From a virus (taxonomy: Duplodnaviria; Caudoviricetes), in IMG/VR virus record IMGVR_UViG_3300027805_000006: 64,000 nucleotides of DNA; one strand, 5' to 3'. The translations under genes and the position numbers were made by a program. The notes beneath the pieces were generated by a model. The model ran no database searches. It was given only the letters and a program-made list of their open reading frames with translations, and had not been told where the DNA came from. Shown in pieces: positions 8,366 to 17,200 of this stretch. Numbering within the stretch: position 1 is the stretch's first letter; every line of letters begins with the position of its first letter.

Positions 8366-10246
8366 TCATCCACAGAGGAACGACGCGTTACCCTTGCCCA
8401 CTAGACCACCAAATTCATAGTTTAGAAGTTGCTCGCGAAGTTCGGTAAGGTCCTGCCGTGCTTCAGATACTAGCAGTTCTCCATTGAGGTTGATCGGCCC
8501 TTGGGCGCCAGGAGTTCCAGAACTAAATTTAGTTCTTATCATTCCTAACTGCATCTTGCATTCAGCAATCGCAAAGTTCTGGATAAACTGCTTGCAATAG
8601 CGGTCAAGGATAAGTTCCTGTTCAGTTCTTTCCATTGTGCATTCTAGCACTACCTTCTCGGCGCGTGAGATGCGTCTTGCAATCACCATTTGGCGACTTG
8701 CTTCATCCCACACAAATGGAACATCACCAGCAAAAATTCTTTGGAAATCTTCAGATAGCGAATGAACAAGGTGGATTGACAGGGTATCAGTATAGCCTGC
8801 ACTGTAGTATTGGTTTAGGAAAGTTTGAAAGTAAATGTTGCTGTCCCAGTTCAATGAATTTGAGCCAAGGATATTGAGGCGGTGTATTTTGCTTACATTC
8901 ACAACCTTATCAAGTCCTGCAACTGGGTCGTTCATATAGTAAATCTGTTGGTCAGGCAGCAGAGTAAAAAGAACATACTGCATCTTATATGCATGGTCAC
9001 ATAGTTGACGATATGTTTCAAGCGCATTATCAATAGCAATGTTGAAATGTTCTTCCTTTAACTCTACACATACTGTTGGCCAGCCCAGTTCACCCTTTAT
9101 AATTTGAATAAGGCGTACTCTTTCATCATATGAGCCATCGGTTCCGATTGCAATTTTGTCAGTTGATGGTGTGCCTGGTTGATCAGTGTTGGCTTTCACC
9201 CAAGTTGAGCCATTCCAAACATTCAGCACTCGCTGAGTTGTGTTGTAGAAGAGTTGACCCAGATATGGTGGAAGAATTTCTACTGGCTCTGCAACAATTG
9301 TGTTGATACAAGCAGGTGATGTTGGTCCACCCACATACAACGTATTCGTAGAATTTGGATAAATCCAAGAAGCACTATCCCAATACTGTGCTCTTCCGAG
9401 AGTAAAATCAAAGAAAAAATCGCCAGCGGCTGGGCTTTCTGGAAGTTTAATTCCGCTGCTTACATTACCAAGTGGTAGCCAAGTTGCCCCATTTCTTACC
9501 TGGAAATTTGCAGCAGATGCAGTAACCCATTTAGTACCGTCAAAAACCTTTAAGATAGAACCTGCTGTTAGAAAGTAAGTTTGTCCTAGCGTGCCTGGGT
9601 TGTATGTCCCAGACATAATTGCGTCTGAGCGTGTTGGTATCCAAGTTGTTCCAGTCCAAAATTGAACTACGCCAAGCCCAGTGTCATAGTACACCATACT
9701 GGGTGTTGGGGCAGTGGGCACAGTTGAGAAACTGGGAATATTTCCAGTATATGTACTGCTGTCCTTCTCAATCCGAGACCCTTCAAGTGGGTAAGATTGA
9801 ACGCCAAATAGATAATACTGCAGGATATTAGAAGAAGGATAAACTCCTGCATAGTAGAGTTGATTTGATACTGTGTTTGTGACAGTAATCTGAAATGAAC
9901 TTCTACCTGTAATTGGATCTGCAACTCCAGTGAGAGGAGCATTTAATGCAGCCGAGTAGAAGGCAATGACCTGCGCGCTGCCAGGTTCCTGGATGTAATC
10001 TACTGGAGTTGAAAAATCAGTGCTTCCTGAATATTGCCTTCCATCTTCTGGATGGTCTTCATACGATAGCGGAATGGTCTTTAGTATTATAACTGCGCCA
10101 TCAACTACAGAAATATCAGATGGGTAGGATATGTCAAGTTGAATAGTAGTTGGGGTGGGTCTCGAAATGCCCACCTGAAATTTTCTTGATTCAACCCATA
10201 GATCATGGGTATTTTTTGCTGACAGTGATGATATTCCGTTTGCCAT
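8366..10246 (-). CDS. gp13: Neck protein (head-tail adaptor) with N-terminal extension of about 375 aa
   Basis: The C-terminal part (IKGELGWPTVCVELKEEHFNIAIDNALE...F, AIAECKMQLGMIRTKF...GPINLNGE) is gp13-like. The N-terminal part has repeated G.xYxT..L..WNG..W motifs. Confidence 0.85.
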   Translation of the reverse strand: MANGISSLSAKNTHDLWVESRKFQVGISRPTPTTIQLDISYPSDISVVDGAVIILKTIPLSYEDHPEDGRQYSGSTDFSTPVDYIQEPGSAQVIAFYSAALNAPLTGVADPITGRSSFQITVTNTVSNQLYYAGVYPSSNILQYYLFGVQSYPLEGSRIEKDSSTYTGNIPSFSTVPTAPTPSMVYYDTGLGVVQFWTGTTWIPTRSDAIMSGTYNPGTLGQTYFLTAGSILKVFDGTKWVTASAANFQVRNGATWLPLGNVSSGIKLPESPAAGDFFFDFTLGRAQYWDSASWIYPNSTNTLYVGGPTSPACINTIVAEPVEILPPYLGQLFYNTTQRVLNVWNGSTWVKANTDQPGTPSTDKIAIGTDGSYDERVRLIQIIKGELGWPTVCVELKEEHFNIAIDNALETYRQLCDHAYKMQYVLFTLLPDQQIYYMNDPVAGLDKVVNVSKIHRLNILGSNSLNWDSNIYFQTFLNQYYSAGYTDTLSIHLVHSLSEDFQRIFAGDVPFVWDEASRQMVIARRISRAEKVVLECTMERTEQELILDRYCKQFIQNFAIAECKMQLGMIRTKFSSGTPGAQGPINLNGELLVSEARQDLTELREQLLNYEFGGLVGKGNASFLCG

Positions 10247-10275
10247 AGATTTTCCAGGCTAAAAGTGATTACTAC

Positions 10276-10283
10276 TATTTATG
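10276..10283 (-). promoter_or_regulatory. Late promoter-like box CATAAATA for gp13
   Basis: Back-to-back with the + strand box at 10306-10313. Confidence 0.65.
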
Positions 10284-10305
10284 GAATACCTGTGACTTTT
10301 TTAAT

Positions 10306-10313
10306 GATAAATA
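10306..10313 (+). promoter_or_regulatory. Late promoter-like box GATAAATA for the LysM-like gene
   Basis: GATAAATA-GAAGC-ATG(10319). Confidence 0.55.
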
Positions 10314-10318
10314 GAAGC

Positions 10319-10606
10319 ATGAAATATAGACATGTACTTCACGCTTTTAGACCAACCGAGACGATTGAGGCAGTAATGCGCCTCATGGGAAGGCACAACC
10401 TCACAAAAGAGCAGTTGCGCCACCTAATGGTAGCATTTGATGAACTGAATGGAAAAATTGTCCCACGAGTGGGGATGACCTACAAGATCCCTCTACCGTT
10501 TGAAACTGTAGATGACTTTGGAAATATTGTCTATCTACCAGAGCCTGCACTTCCTGAAGAAGCTAATCTTCAGGAAGAAAATAATGGGAGAATTGAAGAG
10601 GTTTGA
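10319..10606 (+). CDS. Small LysM-like domain protein
   Basis: Start moved to ATG 10319, after the promoter box. HAFRPTETIEAV...FDELNG...PRVGMTYKIP fits the LysM pattern (H.V..GETL..IA...L...N...L..G..L.IP). Confidence 0.55.
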   Translation: MKYRHVLHAFRPTETIEAVMRLMGRHNLTKEQLRHLMVAFDELNGKIVPRVGMTYKIPLPFETVDDFGNIVYLPEPALPEEANLQEENNGRIEEV

Positions 10607-10992
10607 GAGGCTCTCTTGATTGCCTCGATAATAATTCTTGAAGGCAGTTCGCGATTTATCTGCTTGCCCTGAAGAATGTCTAATGCTACCTTGTCTATAA
10701 GCGTAGTATCTTCGGATTTTACTGGTGGAACTACTTCCATCTTTATTCCTAGCAATGAAAACTGCTGTGAAATTTCATCAAAGTTTAGTGATGACTGGAC
10801 TGTAGTGAACTTTACACCTACAGTTTTCAAGTCCTTTAAAATTCTAATTGCTGCAACTTTATTACAGTTTTGTTGCATTAGTAAAGACACAAATGCCTTC
10901 TCGTCTTTTGGAACTCCAGACAATTTTAGCCCAACTCCCTTATCATCTTCCCAAGGCCACTCTCCTTGCCAGTGCTTCTTTATGTTCTTCAT
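10570..10992 (-). CDS. Hypothetical protein (weak resemblance to bL12 C-terminal domain)
   Basis: 140 aa; its start overlaps the exonuclease stop (ATGA overlap). Contains the segments NKVAAIR and LGIKMEVV. Confidence 0.65.
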   Translation of the reverse strand: MKNIKKHWQGEWPWEDDKGVGLKLSGVPKDEKAFVSLLMQQNCNKVAAIRILKDLKTVGVKFTTVQSSLNFDEISQQFSLLGIKMEVVPPVKSEDTTLIDKVALDILQGKQINRELPSRIIIEAIKRASQTSSILPLFSS

Positions 10993-11588
10993 GTGAGCAC
11001 CGCGCTCACAATTCTGGCAACATTTATGGCATCATCCTTCCCACGATGATGTGTTCCTTCAAATTTCAACTGAAGATGGTCAAGCATTGACATGAGGTCC
11101 TTCTCTTTGAACAACTTGTGTTTAAGAGCAAACAACGTCTTTACATTGAAGTGACTTCTCATCATAGCAAATGGGTTATCCCACTTCTGTATGCCATATA
11201 ACTGTTGAACACCACCTTTACCATCACTAGCAAGTTTTGTTCTATCAAACTCGCCGCATGAAAACCAAACGTGTTCCTTCAATATTCCATAGTCTTGCTT
11301 AATTGATTTAAGGACAACCTCAATGTCATGTCCCTTATCTACCTCTTCCTGCGTCCAACTTGTCAATTGAGTGCAGAATGGAGAAACAGAAGAAAATCGA
11401 GGCTTAACGACGTAACTCTCTGGGTAGATAATTTCGCCAGTATGAGGTAAAAGCCCGCATATGCCTATTTCAATAATTTCGCTGGGTCTATCTGCTTGTT
11501 CCTGTCTAGTTTCCCAGCAGGTGCATTCAACATCAACTACCCAAACTAAGTCAGTTACTGCTACCATTTTCTTTGAAATAGTCTTCAA
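10989..11588 (-). CDS. DEDDh 3'-5' exonuclease (ERI-1/KapD-like)
   Basis: VVDVECTCW...EIIEIG; FSCGEFD; HHRGKDDAINVA. Confidence 0.9.
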   Translation of the reverse strand: MKTISKKMVAVTDLVWVVDVECTCWETRQEQADRPSEIIEIGICGLLPHTGEIIYPESYVVKPRFSSVSPFCTQLTSWTQEEVDKGHDIEVVLKSIKQDYGILKEHVWFSCGEFDRTKLASDGKGGVQQLYGIQKWDNPFAMMRSHFNVKTLFALKHKLFKEKDLMSMLDHLQLKFEGTHHRGKDDAINVARIVSAVLT

Positions 11589-11790
11589 TTACCTTGCGCT
11601 CAGCAATAAGAGAAATGCGCTCAACATTTATCTGATGAAGGGCGTGATGGATAGATGTGTATGGATCTGAAACGTGATTTAGGCGCGCAGCGAATGAATT
11701 ACCTCTTGCCACAAGTTCGCCCGCCATTCTTGATAGTACGTAAAGCCGTGCTTCAATCCACTCAGCGCGTTCTTTGGAAATCGGCTGCAT
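11551..11790 (-). CDS. Hypothetical protein, 79 aa (MQPISKERAEW...)
   Basis: C-terminal half of the track ORF 11551-11973. The ATG at 11790 has a purine-rich SD (GAAGGGAAAAATG) and fills the gap between its neighbours. Confidence 0.55.
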   Translation of the reverse strand: MQPISKERAEWIEARLYVLSRMAGELVARGNSFAARLNHVSDPYTSIHHALHQINVERISLIAERKVIEDYFKENGSSN

Positions 11791-12385
11791 TTTTCCCTTC
11801 CATAGCGTTGACGAACCACTTTGGTACTTCTGTATTTGTCCACTTAGCAAACCTTGACTTAGACTTAATATAGAACGTACGATACGCTTGAATAGCATCT
11901 TCATGTTTAAAATCTTCTGGCATCGCCTGTGCAAACGGTGTTTGCTGCCCCCTTGGTAGATTACTAGGTGCAATTGAAAGAAATGGTTTAAGCCGCTCAG
12001 CAGAATGTTGCTTTTGGTAGCGCGCTGAATATTCCCTCAAACACCCATCAAATAGTTGAAATAGCCAGTGGTAATTGGCATCCGTCTCTCTTGCCCAAAC
12101 AGAGCAGGGGTGGTTAGCATGAGCCACCATGTAGCACTTTGAATTTTCAACTATGATTTTTTCTGGTAAAAACCCATCTGAATCAATTTGAGTTTTTTCT
12201 CCATGGAGAAGATGCACCCGCTTTGTCTTCCCAGACTTCAACTGCACTGCCCGCATTTCACCATCTAGAAGTCGATGAGTTGTTGATAGCATTTGTGCAT
12301 ATTCCAAAATCATTTTTACCACATGCTTGTCGCAGTGGAAACGTGCTGCCTCATACGGCAATGGTGAGAGTGCAAAAATATTCAT
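11762..12385 (-). CDS. Pyrimidine-dimer DNA glycosylase / DenV-related family protein
   Basis: MNIFAL...AARFHCDKHVVKMILEYAQMLST; HANHPCSVW; L..EYS.RY.K.H; FAQAMP...AY..FY...K...AKWT. Confidence 0.75.
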   Translation of the reverse strand: MNIFALSPLPYEAARFHCDKHVVKMILEYAQMLSTTHRLLDGEMRAVQLKSGKTKRVHLLHGEKTQIDSDGFLPEKIIVENSKCYMVAHANHPCSVWARETDANYHWLFQLFDGCLREYSARYQKQHSAERLKPFLSIAPSNLPRGQQTPFAQAMPEDFKHEDAIQAYRTFYIKSKSRFAKWTNTEVPKWFVNAMEGKNAADFQRTR

Positions 12386-12392
12386 ATCTACA

Positions 12393-12423
12393 ATTATATG
12401 TAGAAGTTGAAAAGGATAGTAAA
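12393..12423 (-). promoter_or_regulatory. Early (sigma70-like) promoter TTTACT-N19-TATAAT
   Basis: Perfect -10 box upstream of the DenV-like gene, with the same geometry as the promoter at 14355-14385. Confidence 0.45.
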
Positions 12424-12433
12424 AAATTACAGG

Positions 12434-13324
12434 TTAAAGGCTAATTAGCGCGTAACCAGCATATGCTGTTGAGAACGAGACAGACAGTTCATTTGGAGAA
12501 AGATAAGTAACATCTTGCGGTAGAATTGGCTTATAAACACCACTACCAGTATCTACAATAAAAGTAGAATGGACAAATCCGTTGGAAGCATTTAAACCAT
12601 GATTAAAAGTCCATGTATTAGATGCACTTGCTTGCGTGTGGGTATACTTTCCTAAACTTGAAATGTAGGAAGCATTTATAATCTCCCATAATGTTCCATT
12701 ATGAATTTTTACAACACCAGCGCTTGTATCGTACCAAAGTTGCCCTAGATATGGTAGTGCCGGAGCAGTTGTTCCAGCATATTGCTGAGTTGACTTCAGC
12801 ATGTTTTGCTGAAGTACTTCACCCCATCCAGAAAAATTACGGCCAATTAGTTCAAGTGGTCTGCCCTCAATGGTGACCCCAGGAGGTACTACAATTGGAC
12901 TTTCGCCGCTTACTATTAGATAGTATGTTGATACATTGTAAATTTTACCAGTGCCAGCCATGTGGCTAGGTGTTGATGCTGTTAGTACTGGCTCTACTAC
13001 ATTGATTGTTGTTTGAGAAGAAGCAAATGAAGATGGTGAATGATCGCCGGAATTCAACTGCGTATAAACTGTGTATTTCCCATTATAAGTTGGATTGTCC
13101 TTTACAAAAAACGTAGTAGCAACAACCAACTCATAACCAGCAGGTGCGGCAAGCGGAGATGTGTAGAACTGTACGACGGAACCCATCGTATCACGATAGT
13201 ACTTACCATGAAAAACACTCGTCCAATTTCCAGACATATTATCAGGTGTAATCCCAATAACAAACTTTCCAGGAGAAGAGGGTGTTCCAGCAATTACGCT
13301 TTCAATTTGAATTTCACGAGCCAT
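12434..13324 (-). CDS. Virion structural protein (baseplate/fibre-associated)
   Basis: LIGRNFSGWGE..QQN, GQLWYDT...NG..W and a C-terminal THTQ...SNTW.FNHGL module; has its own CATAAATA box. Confidence 0.7.
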   Translation of the reverse strand: MAREIQIESVIAGTPSSPGKFVIGITPDNMSGNWTSVFHGKYYRDTMGSVVQFYTSPLAAPAGYELVVATTFFVKDNPTYNGKYTVYTQLNSGDHSPSSFASSQTTINVVEPVLTASTPSHMAGTGKIYNVSTYYLIVSGESPIVVPPGVTIEGRPLELIGRNFSGWGEVLQQNMLKSTQQYAGTTAPALPYLGQLWYDTSAGVVKIHNGTLWEIINASYISSLGKYTHTQASASNTWTFNHGLNASNGFVHSTFIVDTGSGVYKPILPQDVTYLSPNELSVSFSTAYAGYALISL

Positions 13325-13346
13325 ATCGCATCCAGAATATTTTTAC

Positions 13347-13354
13347 TATTTATG
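13347..13354 (-). promoter_or_regulatory. Late promoter-like box CATAAATA
   Basis: About 23 nt upstream of ATG 13324. Confidence 0.6.
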
Positions 13355-13383
13355 CAATGGTCAAACCTTTTACCATGCTATTT

Positions 13384-13827
13384 TCAAAATGCCTTCTCAA
13401 GAAGACCTACATTGTCTGCGTGAGTTGGCGCAGTCCACCCAGCCGGCTTAATTAAATCTGGTAGTCCCAGTGGGTTGGGCCGCTCGGGTTTGATACCTGG
13501 ATTTTTTTCCATATTCTTCTCATGCACACGCGCCCAAGCCTCGTAAGCATCAACTTGAAACGCATCAAGAGTTCCAATTGCAACAACGCAAAGGTCAATC
13601 ATAGCATCCACGACATCTTCTGCATCCTCAGGCTTTCCACTAGAAAAGGCTTTCTTTGCCTCATCGAGTTCTTCCTGCAGGAAGTTCAACCTGAACTCTA
13701 GAAACTTTCGGAGTTTCTCTCGATCAAATGCACTAACTACTTCTCGAACACCAAACTTAGTGTGCATATCATTAATGTCTGCTACCCAATCGCCCTCAAG
13801 CGTAAAACCTAGATCTTCAGTATTCAT
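13384..13827 (-). CDS. MazG-like / PRA-PH family NTP pyrophosphohydrolase
   Basis: FRLNFLQEELDE...EDVVDAMIDL.VV..G...AW.RVH..NM.K...LIKP.GW..P. Confidence 0.85.
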   Translation of the reverse strand: MNTEDLGFTLEGDWVADINDMHTKFGVREVVSAFDREKLRKFLEFRLNFLQEELDEAKKAFSSGKPEDAEDVVDAMIDLCVVAIGTLDAFQVDAYEAWARVHEKNMEKNPGIKPERPNPLGLPDLIKPAGWTAPTHADNVGLLEKAF

Positions 13828-13836
13828 TTTATTTTC

Positions 13837-14337
13837 CTATAAAAAATTTGCCTTAGCATCCTCAAGTGTCCAGTACCAGCCTTGCTCATTCTCCCAAGAT
13901 CCATCCTCTTGCTTCTGCGGGTTTGCATATTTGGACCTTCTAACAAGCTTTCGTTCTAGCATATGTGCAAAACTGTTATAGCCTAGAAACTCGTACTCAT
14001 GATAACCATGTTGTTGGAATATATCATAGATAATATCGCGCCCTGCATCAATTTCCTGAATGGCAAAGCGATATTCATTGTTAGAAAGCGAGATATATTT
14101 TCCGTCGCTACTCTTTATTTCATGAAATAGACCGTTTAGACGATAGTCATTTGGTGCAAAATCACTTGAAATTTCAGCGCCAATCTGCTTAACCTTCTCC
14201 TTCTCTGCCGTATCAATCGCAAGACCAATTGTTTGGATGTGCGTCTTGCCTTGATGGACAAAGTACCTTTCCTCAAGGAGACACCAACCGGCTTTTCTTT
14301 CGGCAGAAAAAAGTAAGGTCATATTACCTGCTTCCAT
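13837..14337 (-). CDS. Hypothetical early protein
   Basis: 166 aa directly downstream of an early-type promoter; the start may be 14322. Confidence 0.7.
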   Translation of the reverse strand: MEAGNMTLLFSAERKAGWCLLEERYFVHQGKTHIQTIGLAIDTAEKEKVKQIGAEISSDFAPNDYRLNGLFHEIKSSDGKYISLSNNEYRFAIQEIDAGRDIIYDIFQQHGYHEYEFLGYNSFAHMLERKLVRRSKYANPQKQEDGSWENEQGWYWTLEDAKANFL

Positions 14338-14354
14338 ATTACACTGTATATTAA

Positions 14355-14385
14355 ATTATACCACAGAATGCAACCTGGGTGTAAA
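14355..14385 (-). promoter_or_regulatory. Early promoter TTTACA-N19-TATAAT with extended -10 (TGTGGTATAAT)
   Basis: Resembles the T4 early consensus (GTTTAC...TGTGGTATAAT). Confidence 0.65.
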
Positions 14386-14407
14386 TTTAAAAAGGTTGAC
14401 TGCTTGA

Positions 14408-14533
14408 CTTGCTGCAGAGAAGGGCTATCAACTTATTCATATTTGGGACTTTGAGGTTCGAGAAAGCTGGGAAAAATTACAAAGCATTTTACGCTCTAAG
14501 TTGGGCGCAACACAAAAAGTTTATGCACGAAAT
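14408..14533 (+). pseudogene. Remnant of a Hef-like homing endonuclease
   Basis: Unannotated frame LAAEKGYQLIHIWDFEVRESWEKLQSILRSKLGATQKVYARN. It parallels IGCRLITLQEHLWVNKPEHVKNRLASILGRNKRVQGRK of the gene at 3-719. There is an in-frame TGA at 14405 and no start codon. Confidence 0.8.
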
Positions 14534-14563
14534 TATTCTTTATACACACAAAAACAGGTCGTA

Positions 14564-14589
14564 AAAAAGCCGCCCGAAGGCGGCTTTTT
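14564..14589 (-). terminator. Rho-independent terminator after gp23, C(UUCG)G loop, potentially bidirectional
   Basis: AAAAAGCCGCC-CGAA-GGCGGCTTTTT on the + strand. Confidence 0.9.
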
Positions 14590-14611
14590 GCATTGAAATT
14601 AGCTAAACGGA

Positions 14612-15892
14612 TTAGCTAAATGCCACATTTTGTACTAGAACGCGAGCGTAGTAATCTGCGCTGTTGCCCAGTGATGTGCCTGTGCTTGTGAAAGTTGCCT
14701 TACCATAACGTGTCATCAGGCTGACTGCTGGCATGAAGGTGTTGGCATCAACAACTACGCCAGAAGACATTAGAGGAACGTATGGGCAGTAGAAGTAACC
14801 GCTGTCGAGTTCAGAGGCACCGCCCTTGAAGCCGATCAGGATGTCTTCGCCTGTTGCGCCGGCAGCATTTACTGCACCGCCGCTGATTGACCATGCGTCA
14901 TTTACACCCCAATTGTATGAGTAAACCTTCATCTGACCATTCATTGTGCCAACCATACGGTTGCCAACTGGTGCATCGAAGGAACCTGATACTGCTGGTG
15001 CAAATACTGACTTAGCGGCTGACTGGAGCATAGAAGTGATCAGGTGACCACCGACTAGCCAGTTGCCAGGACCACGACGGGTCTTAGCACCGATTTCGTT
15101 AGCCATCTTGTTGATCAGTACGCCGAGGTGGGCATAGCGATCGCCTAGATAGTTAGGTGCAAAACCTGGTGTGGCTGATGCAAAGTCGAACGTTGCCGTT
15201 GTGTTTGCCAGAGCCAGTAGGTCTGTCAGGATTTCATTGTCGATTTCGTGAGCGATTTGTGCTGATAGAGCAGCAGTTAGTTCGCTCTCGAGGTCCAGAC
15301 CGTGCTGTGCATTCAGGTCTTGAGCAGCTTCCATTGACCAGCGAGCTTGCAGCTTACGTGAGCCAGCTGTGATGGTCTGCTTCAGAACTGATAGACGCAT
15401 TGCCTTACCACCAAAGCCTTCGAAGTTGCCAGTCGTGGCGGCGAAGCCGTCAGATGTAGCAGCTGTTACAGCTGGTGGGTAGCCGGCGGTACCGACGTTT
15501 GCAGAAGAGTAGAAACGCTTCATCTTGCTGTTATTGCCGAAGGCTTCGTCGCCAGCAGCAATATCGTTTCCAGCAACTACTGAGGCGCCAGTGGCGTCAG
15601 CAGCTTCGCTGAAAGCAAAACGCAGTGAGTATACTAGTCCTACTGGACCAGACATTGGCTGAACGCCAACTAGGTCAGAGGAAATCGTACCTGGAAGGAT
15701 ACGACGGATCATTGGAATTACAATCTTCTGGAAGTTTGCAATATCACCAGCGCCTTGAGCGCCAGCTGGTGCTGTTTCCATTAGATGCTTTTTTTGGTTT
15801 TCTAGAAGAGTCTCGACGACCTGCTTCTTTGAACCCTGGAGGCCTTCAAGAAGAGCCTCTTTGGTCTCTTGCCAGTTTTCAAACAGTTGCAT
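14612..15892 (-). CDS. gp23: Major capsid protein
   Basis: PMIRR...LVGVQPMSGPVGLVYSLR; RKLQARWSMEAAQDL.AQHGLD.E.EL; EIDNEIL; GYFYCPYVPL; F.P....TRY. Probable protease site after LME39. Confidence 0.97.
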   Translation of the reverse strand: MQLFENWQETKEALLEGLQGSKKQVVETLLENQKKHLMETAPAGAQGAGDIANFQKIVIPMIRRILPGTISSDLVGVQPMSGPVGLVYSLRFAFSEAADATGASVVAGNDIAAGDEAFGNNSKMKRFYSSANVGTAGYPPAVTAATSDGFAATTGNFEGFGGKAMRLSVLKQTITAGSRKLQARWSMEAAQDLNAQHGLDLESELTAALSAQIAHEIDNEILTDLLALANTTATFDFASATPGFAPNYLGDRYAHLGVLINKMANEIGAKTRRGPGNWLVGGHLITSMLQSAAKSVFAPAVSGSFDAPVGNRMVGTMNGQMKVYSYNWGVNDAWSISGGAVNAAGATGEDILIGFKGGASELDSGYFYCPYVPLMSSGVVVDANTFMPAVSLMTRYGKATFTSTGTSLGNSADYYARVLVQNVAFS

Positions 15893-15921
15893 AGTGATCT
15901 CCTTTTGGGATGTTGGCAGAT

Positions 15922-16815
15922 TTACTTGATACCTGCGAGGCGCTTCAGGTGTGCAAGTCCTTCATTGACTGGCACAGCCTTTTGCTGGGTAGTTGCTACT
16001 GACTCTTCGCCAGTTACAACCTTCGTTTGTGTTTCAACAGCTTTTTCTTCAGTCAGTGCCTGTGCAACTTCTGCTGCCTGCTCACCTTCCTTTAGAATTC
16101 TGCCAATGAAAAATTTGTATGATTCTTCAAGACGAGCAGTGTCAACGTTCTTTAGGACCATTGCCATTTGCTCACGCTTCTTGCCAGTCAGAGAAGATAG
16201 AACCTGCTCCATCTTGGCTTCGCGAATCATCTTGTTGATTTCTTCTTCGCTATCAGCAAGACGCTTTTCAGCATCTGATAGCTTTTGTTCTGCTACGTTC
16301 AGTTTAGACTGAATTGCCTCTTCATCAACATAGCTTTGTGAGTACTCGTTGACGAAGGCTTCAAAAATGCGACGACCGAATTCATTCTGCTTGACGACTT
16401 CAAGATCTTCTTTGAGTTCGTCCATTTCAGAAGTCAGGCGCATTTCGAAGAAAGCGTCGATTTTGTCGACTAGAGAGTCTAGCTCTGTTGCAACTTCAGT
16501 TGCGAGCTTATGCTTCTCTTCAACTAGCTTTTCAGCGTATTCTGCCTCTAGATCACGGAAGCGCTCGATGTCTCCCTTGAGCTCAGAAATTTCCTTTGTT
16601 AGGGCTTCTGCAACGAAACCATCTACTTTAGAGATGAGTTCGTCTCTTTCAGAAATCCACTGTTCAGCTAGTTCATTACGAACTTCCATTGAAACGTCTT
16701 CACGGACTTTCGTCTTGAAGGCTTCAACAGATGCTGTCCATTGCTCAGAAATCTCTGTTTTGGTTTCTTCGCTGAGAAGCTCGGACTGTAGAAGCTTGTT
16801 CAGAATCTCATCCAT
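15922..16815 (-). CDS. gp22: Prohead core scaffolding protein
   Basis: Acidic coiled coil directly upstream of gp23; LVDKIDAFF..., GRRIFEAF..EY. Confidence 0.85.
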   Translation of the reverse strand: MDEILNKLLQSELLSEETKTEISEQWTASVEAFKTKVREDVSMEVRNELAEQWISERDELISKVDGFVAEALTKEISELKGDIERFRDLEAEYAEKLVEEKHKLATEVATELDSLVDKIDAFFEMRLTSEMDELKEDLEVVKQNEFGRRIFEAFVNEYSQSYVDEEAIQSKLNVAEQKLSDAEKRLADSEEEINKMIREAKMEQVLSSLTGKKREQMAMVLKNVDTARLEESYKFFIGRILKEGEQAAEVAQALTEEKAVETQTKVVTGEESVATTQQKAVPVNEGLAHLKRLAGIK

Positions 16816-16896
16816 TGCGTTCTCCTTTTACGTTCACAGCTCGCGCTGTATCTTTTTAAAAAGGTTTCATATAATGAAAACCTTGGCGCGTGTTCC

Positions 16897-16904
16897 TATT
16901 TATA
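16897..16904 (-). promoter_or_regulatory. Exact T4 late promoter TATAAATA for gp22-gp23
   Basis: Sits just downstream of the terminator at 16922-16946. Confidence 0.8.
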
Positions 16905-16921
16905 CAGAAACGTTAAAAAAT

Positions 16922-16946
16922 GCCGTAAAAACGGTGTTTTTACGGC
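16922..16946 (-). terminator. Rho-independent terminator
   Basis: Perfect 11-bp stem GCCGTAAAAAC/GTTTTTACGGC with a 3-nt loop, followed by ATTTTTT on the minus strand. Confidence 0.75.
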
Positions 16947-16961
16947 TTTAAACTTAAAAAT

Positions 16962-17171
16962 TTATTCGTCTGAAGTTTCTTCTTCAGAGTCAAACTCAGG
17001 CATTTCTGCGCTATTCAAACGTTCTTCATTTTCTAAACTTGCTGCTTGTGCTAGACCAGCAACTTCTCGTGTCTTAGATACGAAATAATCGTGCATTGAA
17101 ACGGCAGCTTGTTCTTCCTTGCCGTTAATGATGTCCTGAAGCATTCCTTTTAGAAGTTCTCTGTTATCCAT
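16962..17171 (-). CDS. gp67-like prohead core protein (copy 1, 69 aa, acidic tail)
   Basis: LKGMLQDIINGKEEQAAVSMHDYFVSKT resembles the T4 gp67 N-terminus; acidic C-terminus. Confidence 0.7.
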   Translation of the reverse strand: MDNRELLKGMLQDIINGKEEQAAVSMHDYFVSKTREVAGLAQAASLENEERLNSAEMPEFDSEEETSDE

Positions 17172-17200
17172 AATATTCCTTTATGCAGTTTGAGACAATT

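Noticed and set aside
11791-11973. N-terminal part of track ORF 11551-11973
   Set aside because: It is an out-of-frame overlap with the DenV-like gene; only the portion from ATG 11790 is plausible.
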